From the NCBI RefSeq assembly GCF_006345805.1, contig NC_043011.1:65236464-65300463 (forward strand): a stretch of DNA of 64,000 nucleotides, in the 5' to 3' direction. Origin of the DNA: Octopus sinensis. Taxonomy: Eukaryota. Below the pieces are notes generated by a model. The model did not search any database. It saw only the letters and a list, made by a program, of their open reading frames with translations, and was not told the DNA's origin. This document shows positions 25,100 through 39,575 of this stretch, piece after piece (the stretch's first letter is position 1; the number at the start of each line of letters is the position of its first letter). The translations under genes were made by a program, and so were the position numbers.

Positions 25100-28000
25100 A
25101 TTTTTACACCACACCTCAAATACAAATAGTGTCAGGCATTCGTCGTGACAAGACGTACTTTTCATAGCTCCCGTCAGTAACCAAAGAAGCATATTTCAAC
25201 TCAAGCCAACAGAAACTCTCCTTGTCTTTAATCTCAAAACTTTTGAATTCTACAATCCTAATATTCTACTCTTTTAATACCATCGGAGGATTAATTTATA
25301 CAAATCTATATACAACCTGGAGAAAGAAATATAAACCAAAACTAAACCCAAGACTAGTTCTAAAACTAGTCCCGTGAGTACAATTCTTCTTTCTTTTTTC
25401 TTGATCTGTATTACACACACTGCTCATCCTGATTGTACTAAATACACTGAACTCTCCCACACACAAGGCACGCATTTCCGAGTATATCGACACAAACTTT
25501 TCAACGGTGTATTCACTATTTTACATCAAGCCATCAATAACTGGTGTACATATACATATACACGCATACACATACATATATATATATTACACAATACTGT
25601 CCCACTGAGTATGGCCAATAATATTCAAAAACGCCGCTGGGTTGAAAATGAAATTACTGCAATGATAAACGCTTGGTTCATTCATCACAATGAAGCTAAT
25701 GTTTACAGTAAAATAGCTGAGGACTTAGCGAAACAATCCCTTTACAGATCTGTAAAACAGATCTAAAGCAAAATAAAATAGATTAAAAGAATATTTCCTA
25801 TTTTCCACGCGCACATGGCTACACTAGAAGCCATTCTTGCCAATGAATGCAGTGCACCAAATGACCAAATTCCAACAGGTCAGGGGACACTTCAACAGCA
25901 ACAAACAACTGACCTAATTCCATTGGAGCCAGCACCTGACGAACCAAGTCAAATTTCACTGCTGCTACAGCAACAACAACAACAACAACAACACTCTGCT
26001 ACAAGTCAAGTTTCATTGCTGCTACAGCAACAACAACAACATTCTAATACTGCTACAAGTCAAGTTTCACTGCTGCTACACCACCACCAACAACAACAAC
26101 ACTCTGCTACTGCTACGACAGCCAGAATAGAAAAACCACTACTATACCCACATAAAACACCCTGCCGTTACTATTCTAAAGGCAACTGTAGATTTGGCCC
26201 CAGCGGCACAAACAACAATCGACGCTGTGCTTTTTCCCATCCTACCTTATGTCGTAGACTTGTTAAGGGCACCTGTCCATATGGTATAACGGGAAAAAAC
26301 TGCCACCACCTCCACCCCAAATACTGTCCTAAATACAGAGTGCATGGTCCTGATCCTAAATATGGATGCACAAAAGGCAATGGATGCACATTATTCCATC
26401 CTAAAGTGTGCCAAACTTCTGTGTCACAAAGGATGTGTTTGAACCCAGAATGCAACCACCACCATCTGAAGGGCACAAAACGATCACAGAATAAATATAA
26501 ACAGGAACAGAGGAAATCTAAGACAACAACAAGAGCAAAATACAACCACGTTTCCCCTCCTACAATCAAACAACGAAGACAGAACCATGAAAAAACCACA
26601 ATACAAAATAACACCAACATGAAGTATGTATCATCTGACCAAGTGGCAAACCTAAGAGGTAACTCTTTTTTACTGACTTACGTAGAAAATATGAAGGCCG
26701 ACCTAAGCCAGGAGATCCAACGAGCTATAAGCAACCACCTATGCAAATCACAAGGACCACACACCCATTACCAACAAGAAAATCATACACATACAGCTCC
26801 ATACAAGAGCTACCCACATTGTTACCACTGAACATCATGAAATATAACTTAGATCAATGCAAACATCAAATTTCCCTTACCTCCACATTCCTGTTAAATG
26901 TACGTGGCATCAACCCAAAAATGGAAGATCCCATATATAGAGGGTTAACTAGCCGAAACGGCACGTTGCTTCCCTTTCTTTATCCTTACCGAGACTTACC
27001 TAAAATGCTTTGAAGAGGGCCTTAGCAAATTCAAGTCCTTCCTTCGGAAGTACCACTCCGGAAACATACTAGTGATGGGTGATTTTAACCTCCCTCATGT
27101 GAACTGGCTCACAAATACTCTGAAGTTAGGAAAATGTTCTACATCAGATAGAAAAGCAGCAGAACTGCTCTTTAATCTAATGGATGAATACTTCCTGACT
27201 CAGCTAGTGCTCGAACCAACGAGACGGAATAGAATGATCTTGGATTTGGTATTGACGAATCACTCTAGCTTCGTTCACAGCATTTCAGTTAAAAAACTCT
27301 CCTCTCAGACCACGACATGGTACTCTGCAATTTTAATTCCCGACGTATAAAAACCAAACCAGCCAATCCCACTCCATGGCACCCATTTGACATCATAAAC
27401 TTCCACAAAGCGGACTGGGGAGCAATCAGAAAGGATCTGTCTTCCATCGACTGGTTTTTTACACTCAATTACTCCCATATCGTGACCGCATGGCAGCACT
27501 TAGAAAACATTGTCACCTATACATGCTCTAAACACGTTCCCACGAAATCTACTAACACAAACAGAAACCGGCCCTCTAAAAAGAAAAAAAACACTCATCA
27601 GGCGCATTAAAAGACTCAACAAAAAAATCAACCAATTAAAATATTCCCACACACAACATCCACATTCAACAACAAGGAAAAGGCTAGAGCTGGAAAAACC
27701 TCATCTGCAGACCGACATGAAAACCTCAATTGAAAATCAAAGAGCTTTGGAGGAACAGTGGGTAATCAAAAACATCAAACAGAACCCAAAAGTGTTCTAT
27801 TCTTATGCAAATAAGCATAGAACTATTGTCTCACCCATTGGGCCATTGATTGATGATAACGGCATTCCCCAACACGGTGCTAAAGAAATGGCAGAAATAC
27901 TGCAGAAAGAATACTGCTCTGTCTTTAGTGTTCCCACTGATATTGACGTAAGAGAAGCGAACGAAGTTGACTCCCAACAAAACATCTCAGACATAACCTT

Positions 28001-29675
28001 CACTGCCACTGACATCGTAGCAGCAATAAATGAGGTCAAATACTATTCTGCTGTAGGACCTGATAGATTCCCCACTAGTCTCCTGAAGGAATGTAGCCAC
28101 CAACTTGCAGTCCCTCTGACCAACCTCTGGATAAATTCGTTAGACGCAGGTTATATACCGAAACAGTTTCTAACCCAGTCAGTTATCCCGGTTTTCAAAC
28201 GGAAACATATTCCTCGCACTCAACTATCGCCTAATCTCACTCACCTCCCACATCATTAAAATGTTTGAAAGAGTGTTAAGATCAAGGATAGCTGACTTCC
28301 TGGAGACCACAAACTCCTAAATGCAAATCAGCATGGCTTTCGCTGTGGCAGGGACTGTCTAACACAGATCTTACACCACATTGAAGACGTACTCAAAGAC
28401 TTGGGAACAGGTTCAAATTCTGACGTCATATATCTTGACTTCAGTAAAGTGTTCAAAAGGGTAGACCGTAATATCCTACTCTCCAAATTGGCAAATGTTG
28501 GAATCTGTGGAAAAGTTCTACACTGGATTAAGTATTTCCTGGCGAATAGAACACAACATGTTGTAGTTGATGGAGTCCACTCAAGCCCAGCAAAAGTCAC
28601 CAGCGGTGTTCCCCAGGGGACTGTCTTGGGTCCGCTACTCTTCATAATTTACATAAACGACCTTTCCAGTGTCGTACATTACTGCAAAATGAAAATATTT
28701 GCTGATGAGACTAAACTCCAGCAAATCGTCAATGAAGAAGCAGACCGAACTCAACTACAGTCTGATCTATATGCTGTGAGTCAATGGGCAGACAGAAACA
28801 AAATGCAACTGAATTTGGGAAAATCTGAGCTGATGCATTTTGGAAGAAATTCCTCACTAAAACAGCCATACTCTCTTCCTTCAGGGGAACCGCTCACAGC
28901 CTCTAACAATATCAGAGACATGGCTGTAATTGTTGATGACGATCTCAGTTGGAGTGCACACGTCAACAAGTAGGTCGATATAGCTCGTAGGATGAGTTCC
29001 TGGATCTTAAGAACTTTCCGGTCCAGAGAACAAGGTGTCATCATACCACTGTTCTCCTCCTTTGTACGGCCACACCTTGAATGATGCTGCCCACTGTGGT
29101 CTCCCCATACAAGACAAAACATCTCCAGGATTGAGTCACCCCAGAGGGCACTCACTAACGAATTGAAGGCATTGCTGCTCTTGATTATTGGGATCGCCTT
29201 AAAGCCTTGAAACTTTACTCTCTCCAGCGTCGCCGTGAGCGGTACATCATTTGTACGATGTGGAGATTATACCGCCAACTTTGCCCAAAAGACCTTAACA
29301 TTAGCTTCAAGGTTCATCCAAGACTGGGACCACGGGCAATACGTCCCCTGCCCAATTCAAGATCACAACCTACATGTACGCTGCAACATAATTTCTTTTC
29401 CTCAACAGGCCCTGCTCTATTTAACATTGTCCCGAGAGAGATCAAAGAGGAAAAGGATCCCATCAACTTTAAACAGAGTCTGGATAGATTCATTACAGGA
29501 ATACCAGATAAGCCACCCATAATTGGATACAACTCGCCCAACAAGAACTCACTACTTGAACAAAACTTGACTTAAACAGGATTCGAATAATCCTATCAGG
29601 TGGTGTTATTAAGTTAGACATGGCCTGGACCAATCTCTGGTCGAAACATATCTAAGTTTTATCTAAGTTTACAAA
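25100..29675 (+). mobile_element. Near full-length CR1-group LINE (ORF1 + APE-RT ORF2), inactivated
   Basis: APE motifs (LLNVRG, MGDFNLP, EPTR..ILDLVLTN, SDHD); RT motifs (VIYLDFSKVF, SGVPQGTVLGPLLFIIYINDL, FADETKL); C-terminal LYSLQRRRERY; 3' hairpin gacca-atctc-tggtc and (ATCTAAGTTT)2 tail. Many frameshifts. 5' boundary approximate. Confidence 0.9.
25611..26831 (+). CDS. LINE ORF1: Myb/SANT-like (trihelix-type) domain, Gln-rich repeats, four CCCH zinc fingers; one premature stop
   Basis: ATG 25611 is in frame with the 338-aa ORF across TAA 25764-25766. KRRWVENEITAMINAW...VYSKIAEDL...RSVKQI*SKINRLKR; four C..C..CxxxH units at ~26160-26465. Confidence 0.8.
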
Positions 29676-29887
29676 AAATGTAAAAGTAATAAAAATTACA
29701 GGATAACGGAAGTAAATCGGTTTCGCATCATTATCTTCATTTAGTCTTGCATTAGTACATTAACGGAAATTACAGTAAGGAATAGTGTTTCCACGGACCT
29801 CTGAAAAGAAAATAGTAAAAATTATATCAATAAGATTCTATACTCACACACACACACATACACACACACACCCACACACACACACAC

Positions 29888-29918
<31 letters not shown>

Positions 29919-29943
29919 CTATTATTATTAGTAGTATTATTTC

Positions 29944-29980
<37 letters not shown>

Positions 29981-30192
29981 TCTTGTTATTGGACTCGCTT
30001 TATATAGGACTTTTGATTGTGATTGTTCATCTTCTTAGGGTATTGTTCTTTGGTTCTAATATTTTTGCACCTTTCTTTAATTTTGGTGCTGATAGGTTTT
30101 CTTACGTTCCATTAGCATATTATTCTCACTATTATATTTATATATATATTGATAGATATAAGTTACGATAGTTATTAATTCCTTGTTTTTAG

Positions 30193-30308
<116 letters not shown>

Positions 30309-30673
30309 ATCTAACGAATTACATTTAATTTAATCTAATTTCAGAATTTATGTAATCAGACAAAATATGATTTAATTATTAGGTTGCTTATTTATTTGTA
30401 ATATCAAATTTTAAGTTAACTTCGTATTATATAATTTGATATTTAGGCAACTTTGTTATAGATTCTTATATTAAATCTATAGATACTACACATGTATATT
30501 GATTATATGGTTAGCTTATATAAGGAGTTTGTCTATATTTGAACCATTTCTTATTACGATTACAATTTAATGACTTGTATTAGCTTTTCGTATTTTATTT
30601 AATTTGAAAGTATTTAATTATTTAAGTATTGTCTTAATTTTCAATTACGTATATTTAATATTTTCATATATAT

Positions 30674-30729
<56 letters not shown>

Positions 30730-30857
30730 GTGTGTGTGGTGTGCGTGTGTGTGTATGTGTGTGTGTGTGCGTGATGTGCGTGTGTGTGTGTGTGTGTATA
30801 AATATATATATTAAAGTATATTTATTAATTAATTATTTCATTGTTCTAGTTTTATTT

Positions 30858-30946
30858 TTAACCTGATGAGTGACTATATTTATATCGAAGTGATTTCTCT
30901 ACCACTATAATAATTTCTTAAATATAACCATGAAACACGTTTGTTA
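30858..30946 (+). ncRNA. Decayed hammerhead-like motif
   Basis: taac CTGATGA g-tgactatattta...taaatataacca-t GAAA cacg tt tgtta; stem III and cleavage site degenerate. Confidence 0.45.
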
Positions 30947-31858
30947 TTCTACAATTTATATACGTTATTATTTTTTTTGCAATTTCCTTAATCTTTGACA
31001 ATTTATTGTTATTTTGATGTTAATGCATGTGCCTATGTATGGTACATGCATACGTGCGCGTATACATACATACGTGCATGCGTACGTACGTGAATACATA
31101 CATACTTACATGCATACATACATACATACATACATACATACATACATACATACATACATACATACATACATACACACATAGATACGTATATATATTTAAC
31201 CTGAACTAACTAGATGTAAGGGAGAAAAAAAGATGAGTAATAGTAAAACAAAAGTTTTGTGATATAGAGATAAATATCTGATAATAGGTTCTAGTGCTTT
31301 ATTTTGGGGGTGAGGGTCGTAAATCACTTCCTAGTTTCGGCGGGGGAGGTTGAAATTTGATATTGTTGTGATGAGTGGTCAGTCTAAATCTATCCATCAC
31401 TACAGGTTTGTAGCTTTAAGTTTATAGTGTGTATGTGCGTGCCTGTACACACACATACAGACATGCATATATACATACATACATACATACATACATACAT
31501 ACAGGCGTATGTACGTACATACATACATACTTGCATGCATGCATACATGCGTGTATACATACATATATACACACATACATACGTACATATATATGACGAA
31601 CTAACTGTTACTTTCTCAGATGCTGCACGGATTTTTGTCAGTGAACAGGTCGCGGTCTTATAGCGACGAAAATATTTTGACAAATTAAAGTTAAATGTCG
31701 AAGTGAATTGAACGGCTTTTGTGTGTTTCTTAAATGGCTTACAAACACCTTCCACGCTGCAATTATATATATATATATTCTATTGTGTGAAATTTGATTT
31801 AGTATTTCTAAATTGAATTTTTTCAATGTAAGTTTTGGATTGTATTCCCTCAAATATT

Positions 31859-31930
<72 letters not shown>

Positions 31931-32397
31931 AGTGTAACAGGATTTGATGGTAGTGTTTATCGCAACTTTAATGAGAGTTTTCTCGAAGAAATAACGATTT
32001 TGCGGTTTTAACCCAAAGAGCTAAACACTATGTTGCTATTTCAAACCAATTTTTTATTAAAGTTTAAGCTCTATTGCAATATATAGAATATACTGTATTA
32101 TGATGTTACTGACTTTCTAACTAGCAAACCTCTCCGTTACAAAAACTCTATTCGAGATAGAAGCAGTACATGACGCAAAAACGTAGGGTTTTTCACCACA
32201 TTAGATCTGAATTATAGATACTTCCACGCTTTAAACGGTGCTGTGCTTAAATATGAGGAAATGAGACTAGAGCTTGAAATCTTGAATGTATTAATACAAT
32301 CTACCCATCTATAACTATATAAGAGATATTGCATTTAAAATGTCAACTGACTGTTAAAAAAAATCTTCAAAAAGTATCTAGAAGCATCCTCTCCTCT

Positions 32398-32700
32398 TGA
32401 AAATCGACGGAAGTAGGCATTGCGATGTTATCAAGTACCAACAAAATAAAAATGGCTTGTCCGTCTAAGACATTTATACAGACATGGCGGCTACATTAGA
32501 GATTATTTTAGCAGTTCAAAGTGAGAAAGGGGAAGTGGTCAAGTGCCTGACCGTCCTGAAAGCGGTTGGCGATTGAATATATATAAAATCGTAAATGCTG
32601 TTAGCACATTCTGTGAAAGACTGAAGACTTCTTGTACAATGAAGTTGGCATGACGAAGGTTTCTGCTAATTGGTGCTCTGTCGTCTGCTTTCTCTTGACA
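32398..32700 (+). mobile_element. Mariner transposase N-terminal relic
   Basis: Reads RHCDVIKY..K.GLS.*DIYTDMAATL ... LYNEVGMTKVSANW, typical of the mariner HTH to WVP region. Confidence 0.65.
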
Positions 32701-34063
32701 TTCTCTGAGAATATCATTTAGAGCTTATGGACGTTTCAGCTGAAATTCATATTATTTCCTTCATTATGAAATGGTGCAACTTACCAGCACATTTAGTGAC
32801 TGAATGGTTTTGGTTGGAAAATAAACCATCCGAGGTAAGATACGAGACTAGCTGCCAAAATAAGTGTCCCTACCCTAAATCTACTCCTGAAATAGAGTAA
32901 CTAACCTTGAATATTTGATTCAACTTGATAAAGTATTGGTAAAATTATTAAGGAATTAAAGCGTGCGTATTAACGCGATGTTAAGTTCCTCATAGTATTG
33001 TAATTTTGATTAATTTTGCAGTTGTATCAAAATAATTTTGTCAAGAGTAATTGTTATATTACTATTATAAGATCTACGAAATTGCCAAATAATCAAGATT
33101 CTCGGTACTCAACTTATTAAAACTGTGTCAATGCAGACAATACTTGTATAATTTTAGTCTATTTGTGAAACAGAAATGTGCATATTTTCCTACGCATATA
33201 TTCAAAATATTTACAGGGAGTCCGAAATCAAGACATCGATATTTCGGTCTGTAATATCAATAAATATAATAGGGTATGAAAATTATACATCATTATAAAT
33301 GCTTAGTGTGTGACATATTTTCTTTCAGACTGCATATATACAGATTTACAAGTTAGATCATGATTATAGACGAATAAACTATTACAATATACAATTCTGT
33401 CGAGTATAAATTCGTAAATCCACAGTCATTTGTGGTTTGGTCTACTCTGAGGAACATTGGAAGGTTTCCTCTCGTTTCTGTGCTCTGATGTGTTTGAATT
33501 GATATCTGACGAGACATTTGCGGCATACAAGAAATTGAGCTGCTCCCATGTGAGGATGCACGCGTTGAAGGCGCAACGTGGAGCCTCGAACAGGACTTGT
33601 CACTATCACACAGCTGCAGACACAACCCTGGATACGGATAGAACAAACATTCCCTCACACATAGTCAAGAAAGTACGGCTCTTTGGATTTTTAGATTTGG
33701 TCCATTTTAGAGAGGAGGGTCACAAGCAGTTTTCATGTTTCGCCCGACGCTCTCAAGACACTACTAAGCAGCGAATTCTTCGATTTCGCAACAACATTTG
33801 GTACCGCAATTGAAGCATTCACGCTTAGACTTATGGCCGTGATTCTAAACATATGTGCTCATATCAACTATATGTGCTAGTGTCAGCACTGTATTTTGAG
33901 TTACCAGTTCATTGCAATGCACGAACAAAGAAATCTAACGATATTTTCCTAGGGCACAATGCAAAAATTCAAGTGAAGGAATTTTAGGAAACATTAGTAT
34001 ATATTCTGTGTGGCATTTGTGGAGTGGCATCTTAGAAGTAAGATATATTATTGAATCACCTAC

Positions 34064-34087
34064 CTTGGCATCGTTAGAAGTGTTTTT
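34064..34087 (-). CDS. Copy C exon 5, 24-nt micro-exon (KNTSNDAK)
   Basis: ttttttcag|AAAAACACTTCTAACGATGCCAAG|gtaggt. Confidence 0.75.
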
Positions 34088-35339
34088 CTGAAAAAAATTA
34101 AACATTTTCATATTTGAATAGAAGACGTTTATAAGCGTTGTATGTGCAAGCATACACATTAATGAGTAGGGTATTAATTCTATCATACGAGGCTCATTAT
34201 AAAAATGTAATTAATATACATTTAAGTCAATTAATTATTAAAGTGAATCTTTTAGCTATATAAGCAAGTATTATCGTACGAATCTTATTTCAGATATCAA
34301 TGAAAATATTTGATGTAATATAAAGAAAAATTCTGCTCTAAAGTTTTAGATACATTCGTTCAGAAATCATATACATGCAACATAGAAATAAGAAGGAACT
34401 TACAAAACATTTCCTAATTCCTATAAACATATATCGACAATCGCGATACAAGTCTGGATGAAAACAATCGTCGAAAACTTTTGCAGCACTGCGAATGGAG
34501 GTTAAGGTGGATATTTAGAAACTAAATCATCGGCTATTGAAGCACATGAGCGTTTGTTTGTATATGTGTGTGTGTGTGTGTGTTTGTGTGTGTCCGTGTG
34601 TGTGTATGTGTATGCGTTTCACCAATATTTATCTAAGATAGACTGGTTCAATATATCAAATGTTGATGAAAACATACTCTAAGGAATAAGTCATATAGAA
34701 TATCTTAAGACATTGACATTTTTTTTTAGTTAGAAAACAGAGAGATATAAGGGATACGAATTAAATTATTAATTAATCAACATAGCAACCATCAATTGTT
34801 TCATTTAAAATCAGATTAAACTCACGAAGCATATATAAAAATATACTTTTGCATCAATACACAATTATAATATACAATTCTAAGCCTTCACAATGTAAGA
34901 GAAAGTAATAAATAGAACTATTGCAAAGTAGCAAAAAATTAACCAAAAGTCATTCTCGAAAATAAGCAAGACATTTGAAGAGACTTATTTCACCCTGCAT
35001 CAACCTGTTTCAACTCGCAGACAGTTGAAACACTCCTGTCACACCTGGGACCTCGAAGACTGCTTCAATACAAGAAAGTATACTAGTCCCTTAATATTTG
35101 ATATTCAATATTTCATTTATTCAATAAGACACTCGATACTTAATTTCATTTTACTATATATACTATTTATACTATATACTCGATGTTCTACATTAATATT
35201 ATAAAGAATATAAATAAAACATAAAAAACAGACAGTTGGAATTCATTTGAATAATATATATCTCTCTATATACAATCATACAAACCCCTTTAAATAAATA
35301 TGTATGTATGTATGTATATTTATACATATATATATAGGG

Positions 35340-35510
35340 AGAGGTGTAGGAATGTCTTTGTGTAAGAAGCTAGCTGCCCCAAACAAATGCTACTGTGTTC
35401 AGTTCCATTTCGTGACACGTTGTAGCAAGTGTCACGTAGCAAACCCTGGGGCAGATTAAAGCCATGCGTCTTAATTTGGTAGACGGAAACTGAAAGAAAT
35501 TCCTCCTGTG
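35340..35510 (+). mobile_element. Degenerate tRNA-derived SINE
   Basis: gtgtaagaagc...gttcagttcca...gcaagtgtc...ttggtagacggaaactgaaagaa. Confidence 0.7.
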
Positions 35511-36059
35511 TGTAAAGATAGGAGGGAGGAAATAAACTCCATATTTAATTCTAAAGTTATATTCAATTAAATTCCGCAACTGGGTTTTACAAAATAACAT
35601 ATTTTCTATGGTCCACGACCATTATATTAATGTTTTTACGAAAGCAATACAACTAAATATTAGAGTTACATATTTGGCCGCAAATCTACCATGAATTTTA
35701 AATAGTTCTACATTTACAGTCATACAATAAATGTCAAAATAAGACACTGACAGATACAGTGCAAACAAAAACGATGTAGTATGCATTATGGTAAAGGGAA
35801 TTGTAAAATTTGAAGACTTTAAAAGATTGAAATATGATTATTCTCATACGTAAATGAACTGTGTATGATATTCAAAGTTGTAAAGAAACGGCGTCAGTAG
35901 GTTAATTCATTATCTCACTTTCTCTCTCAGAATATTTACTGTGTATAACATATATAAATTATGTGTTAGTATGTATGTATATAATTTAGAATACAAAAAA
36001 TATTTTTTTGAAAAATAAACGGTGGAAAAAGTAGACGATTGTATGAGGTAATTCTTTTT

Positions 36060-36745
36060 AAAAGCAAATTTGTCAGAAATTCTTACAATCCACATCAAAA
36101 TACTAACATGTTCTGAGCAGTCATTACCTTTAATGAATTCAGTACATCTCCGTTAACAGGATTTGATCAATTTCTTACATCATTTTGACGTAGGTTTTTT
36201 TCCATCCTTCCTGAAGTTTTTCCCACCAAATCCTACCTTTCGCAGTTCGGTGCTCGCTGATATTATCACTAAATATTTTCGATCAGTTTTCAATGCGATT
36301 AACGTCAGAGCCCTGTGCTGGCCAACGCGTTATAAAATTATTATCAGCTTCAAACACACCCATTGCTAATTTGACCCTGTGACATTGTTAATTATCCAGC
36401 ATAAAGATTGACTGATGAGTTCGATATGACATCACAACAGACACAAAACTCTGCACAATGATGTTTTTCTATATGACCGCATTCATATTACCATGGATCC
36501 TAATGAAAGCCCGAGAACCTGCTGCAGAATACCTTTCCAATATCATTAAACCCCAACTCCAAGCTTTATTGATTTCTTCACGCATTTAGAGAGTAATGTT
36601 TCCATTTTCAGACGTCTCACATATTGTCTATTACTGGAGCCAACGAAACTGAACTTGTATTCGTCACTGAAGAACACACACAACCAGTTGTTGTCCGCCC
36701 ATTTTATTTTCTCATTGACAGAGACTAACTTCGCTTTCACTTTCG
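36060..36745 (-). mobile_element. Tc1-like transposase relic in intron 3 of copy C
   Basis: WLCVFFSDEYKF.FVGS..RQYVRR...E.L..KCVKKSIK.G.G matches the first catalytic Asp region of Tc1 DDE domains; downstream boundary approximate. Confidence 0.8.
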
Positions 36746-37503
36746 TTCCATAATTACGATTTACTTGCCAAGAAATTCCTACAGTAATCCTGAATCGATC
36801 TCTTAGCGACAGCCTCTGAAATACACGCTGTTACCACGCACTTGTTTTCCGTGCTCTTCCCCTACATATTCCTAATAACACAAACGTGTTTGTTTCTTCA
36901 TAAATTGGGGAATTCTTGAAACAAAACTATGTAATCAGTAAATGTACCTAATGAAAGCAGAAAAATCCATCCCTTCTTTTTTCAATGTGACCACTCAGTT
37001 TCGGAGACTTTCATTAAATGTACATGGCTTTCCATTATTGCCAGTTCACTACATATTAATCTTTGTCCAGATCGGTCAACTAAGTGCACAAAGGTAGGTC
37101 GGAGTGTTTTCAGATACTACATATTGAATTCCGCACCATATGTTCTCTAATTTTCTACATTTTCTCAAATAAACAGTTTCTGTATTATAAATTATTTAGT
37201 TATTAATCATTTCCTAAATTATTTATTGTAAATAATAAAATTCATTAAAAGTACTTACAGTCAAATTACATTCGTAAAAGAGAAGTCGAAATCGATATGT
37301 CTTTAAACATTATTTTCCTTCTCTAATTTGACCAACTACAATACATATGCACGTATATTTTGATTCCATGTCGAATCTCAAACTACAATAAAGCACAATT
37401 TTAAGAAGGACGTTGACACAACAGTAACATTGCTGTTAACATCCATACTTTCTTAAAATTTGATTTAGTATATTTAATGCAAGACGTTAATTTCCGTACA
37501 TAC

Positions 37504-37603
37504 CGGCAGTCGGGGTGCAAGTTTTTACGATCTGCGTAACTCTTTGGACAACTAACTTTCGCTATAGTTTCACAATCTGCTTTTAAGTCTGAAGCTGATC
37601 CAG
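37504..37603 (-). CDS. Copy C exon 2 (100 nt)
   Basis: ttttcaaattctag|CT...TGCCG|gtatgt; open frame. Confidence 0.85.
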
Positions 37604-37764
37604 CTAGAATTTGAAAAATACGTTTATAAAACATACAATTACGTTGATAATTATTTTATTTTATCTGTTTAAATTGAATCTATAGCAGAAAGGAGAGCGG
37701 ATGTCCCCTTACTTTACATATATGTGTGTATTTATGTGTGTGTGCATGTGTATATATACACATG

Positions 37765-37889
<125 letters not shown>

Positions 37890-38095
37890 TAATGGTGTCA
37901 TTGAGACCCGAAGTGTCAGGTAATGCTGAATAAGTGCTATAGGCACGCCATAGTTGATTTCCAGATTCGGTAATATTGCGAATAAAGAGTTCAACGCTGG
38001 TTTTATGTCAGCGTTTGTATATATGAATTTATGCTCTAATATCTATACAGCATTGTTTTTTATCCAATTACGCAAGAAAATCATATATACACACG

Positions 38096-38143
<48 letters not shown>

Positions 38144-38374
38144 ATCCAAACAAGAAAACACAAAAAAAAAACACAACAAAGCGAGGACGTGGAACAAATA
38201 TAGTATTATTGGATGCTCAGAAATGAAGGGAAGGAGGGTTTAACGTTTCGAGCGGAGTTCTTCGTCGGAAACATAGGAGAAGGAAAGATCCCGAGAAGGG
38301 AAGACAGAAGGAAAAAAATCGCCAACGGTACACACGAGGTCGCATTTTCAAATAAATATATATATATGTAATGA

Positions 38375-38770
38375 GTAGTGATTTTCTTCACTGCTTCAGG
38401 GAGTGTCGACCCTGCCTGACACGACCCCAGTCTCAACTGGCTCCGGCTGATAGTAGCCGGTATGGGCCCCTATCCAGAGTTACGGAAAGGAGACAACCAT
38501 CAAAGAAATCCGGAGTGGAGCATCGTAGGAGGTTTACTGTTCGACTCGATACTCTTCCGGCAGCTCCTGCAACCAAGCTCCTGCTAAAACTTAATAATCT
38601 GCACTCCTCCTTTGGACTACGTCAGCAAGGTCGATAGATGAATCCTGACGATTGGTCTACCCAGGATTTTCTTACATCTAGCCCAGGCCTGCGCAAAACT
38701 GGAGATGACATGAAATGTAAAAACCAGACTGGATTAGTTAATGCGCAACTCCATTGTCTCCAGAGACAAA
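38375..38770 (+). mobile_element. GC-richer insert between (TA)n tracts, possibly the 5' UTR of an RTE-like LINE
   Basis: Composition shift and hairpin ccggct-gatagt-agccgg; family assignment is recall only. Confidence 0.35.
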
Positions 38771-38779
38771 ATGATGCCA

Positions 38780-38845
<66 letters not shown>

Positions 38846-39380
38846 GCATACATACATACGCATACTTACGTTTACAAATATATGCAAACAGTGTATTTTA
38901 GGAAGATTGTTTCACTTTATTTCACTCTTCGTAGATACTGAAATACTGAATGACAGAAATAATTTACGAAGTATAACCCGGCTCTCTACATTCGAAGGTC
39001 AAATCCGACGTGCCTGGAGAAGGCAGCTTGATAACACTCCCATATTCATCCCATGTCTAGCCAGTGTTGCCGAAATTCCAGATAATCAACTTAATGGAGT
39101 GGAGGAAGTCTAAGAGACTATTAATCTGAAACAGGTTGCTGCAGAAGTTTCATGAAAATATGAAGAGCATCATAGCAGACCGTCAACCGGACAGAGTAGA
39201 AATGTGTGTTTATATAGAGACATGTGTGAGTGTGTTAGCTATATATTTACCTACATACATTTATACGGAGAAATGTGTGAGTTTATATAAGGATACATGC
39301 ATACACACAGAAACGCACACAAACACACACATACAGACGTATAATCCACTTACATACATACATACATACATACTTATATA

Positions 39381-39420
<40 letters not shown>

Positions 39421-39441
39421 ACCAAAAGGGTACGGGCCTCG

Positions 39442-39500
<59 letters not shown>

Positions 39501-39521
39501 ACCAAAAGTGTACGGGCCTCG

Positions 39522-39575
<54 letters not shown>

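Noticed and set aside
38395-38480. Possible HDV-like ribozyme at a putative RTE 5' end
   Set aside because: Could not assemble the nested double pseudoknot by eye.
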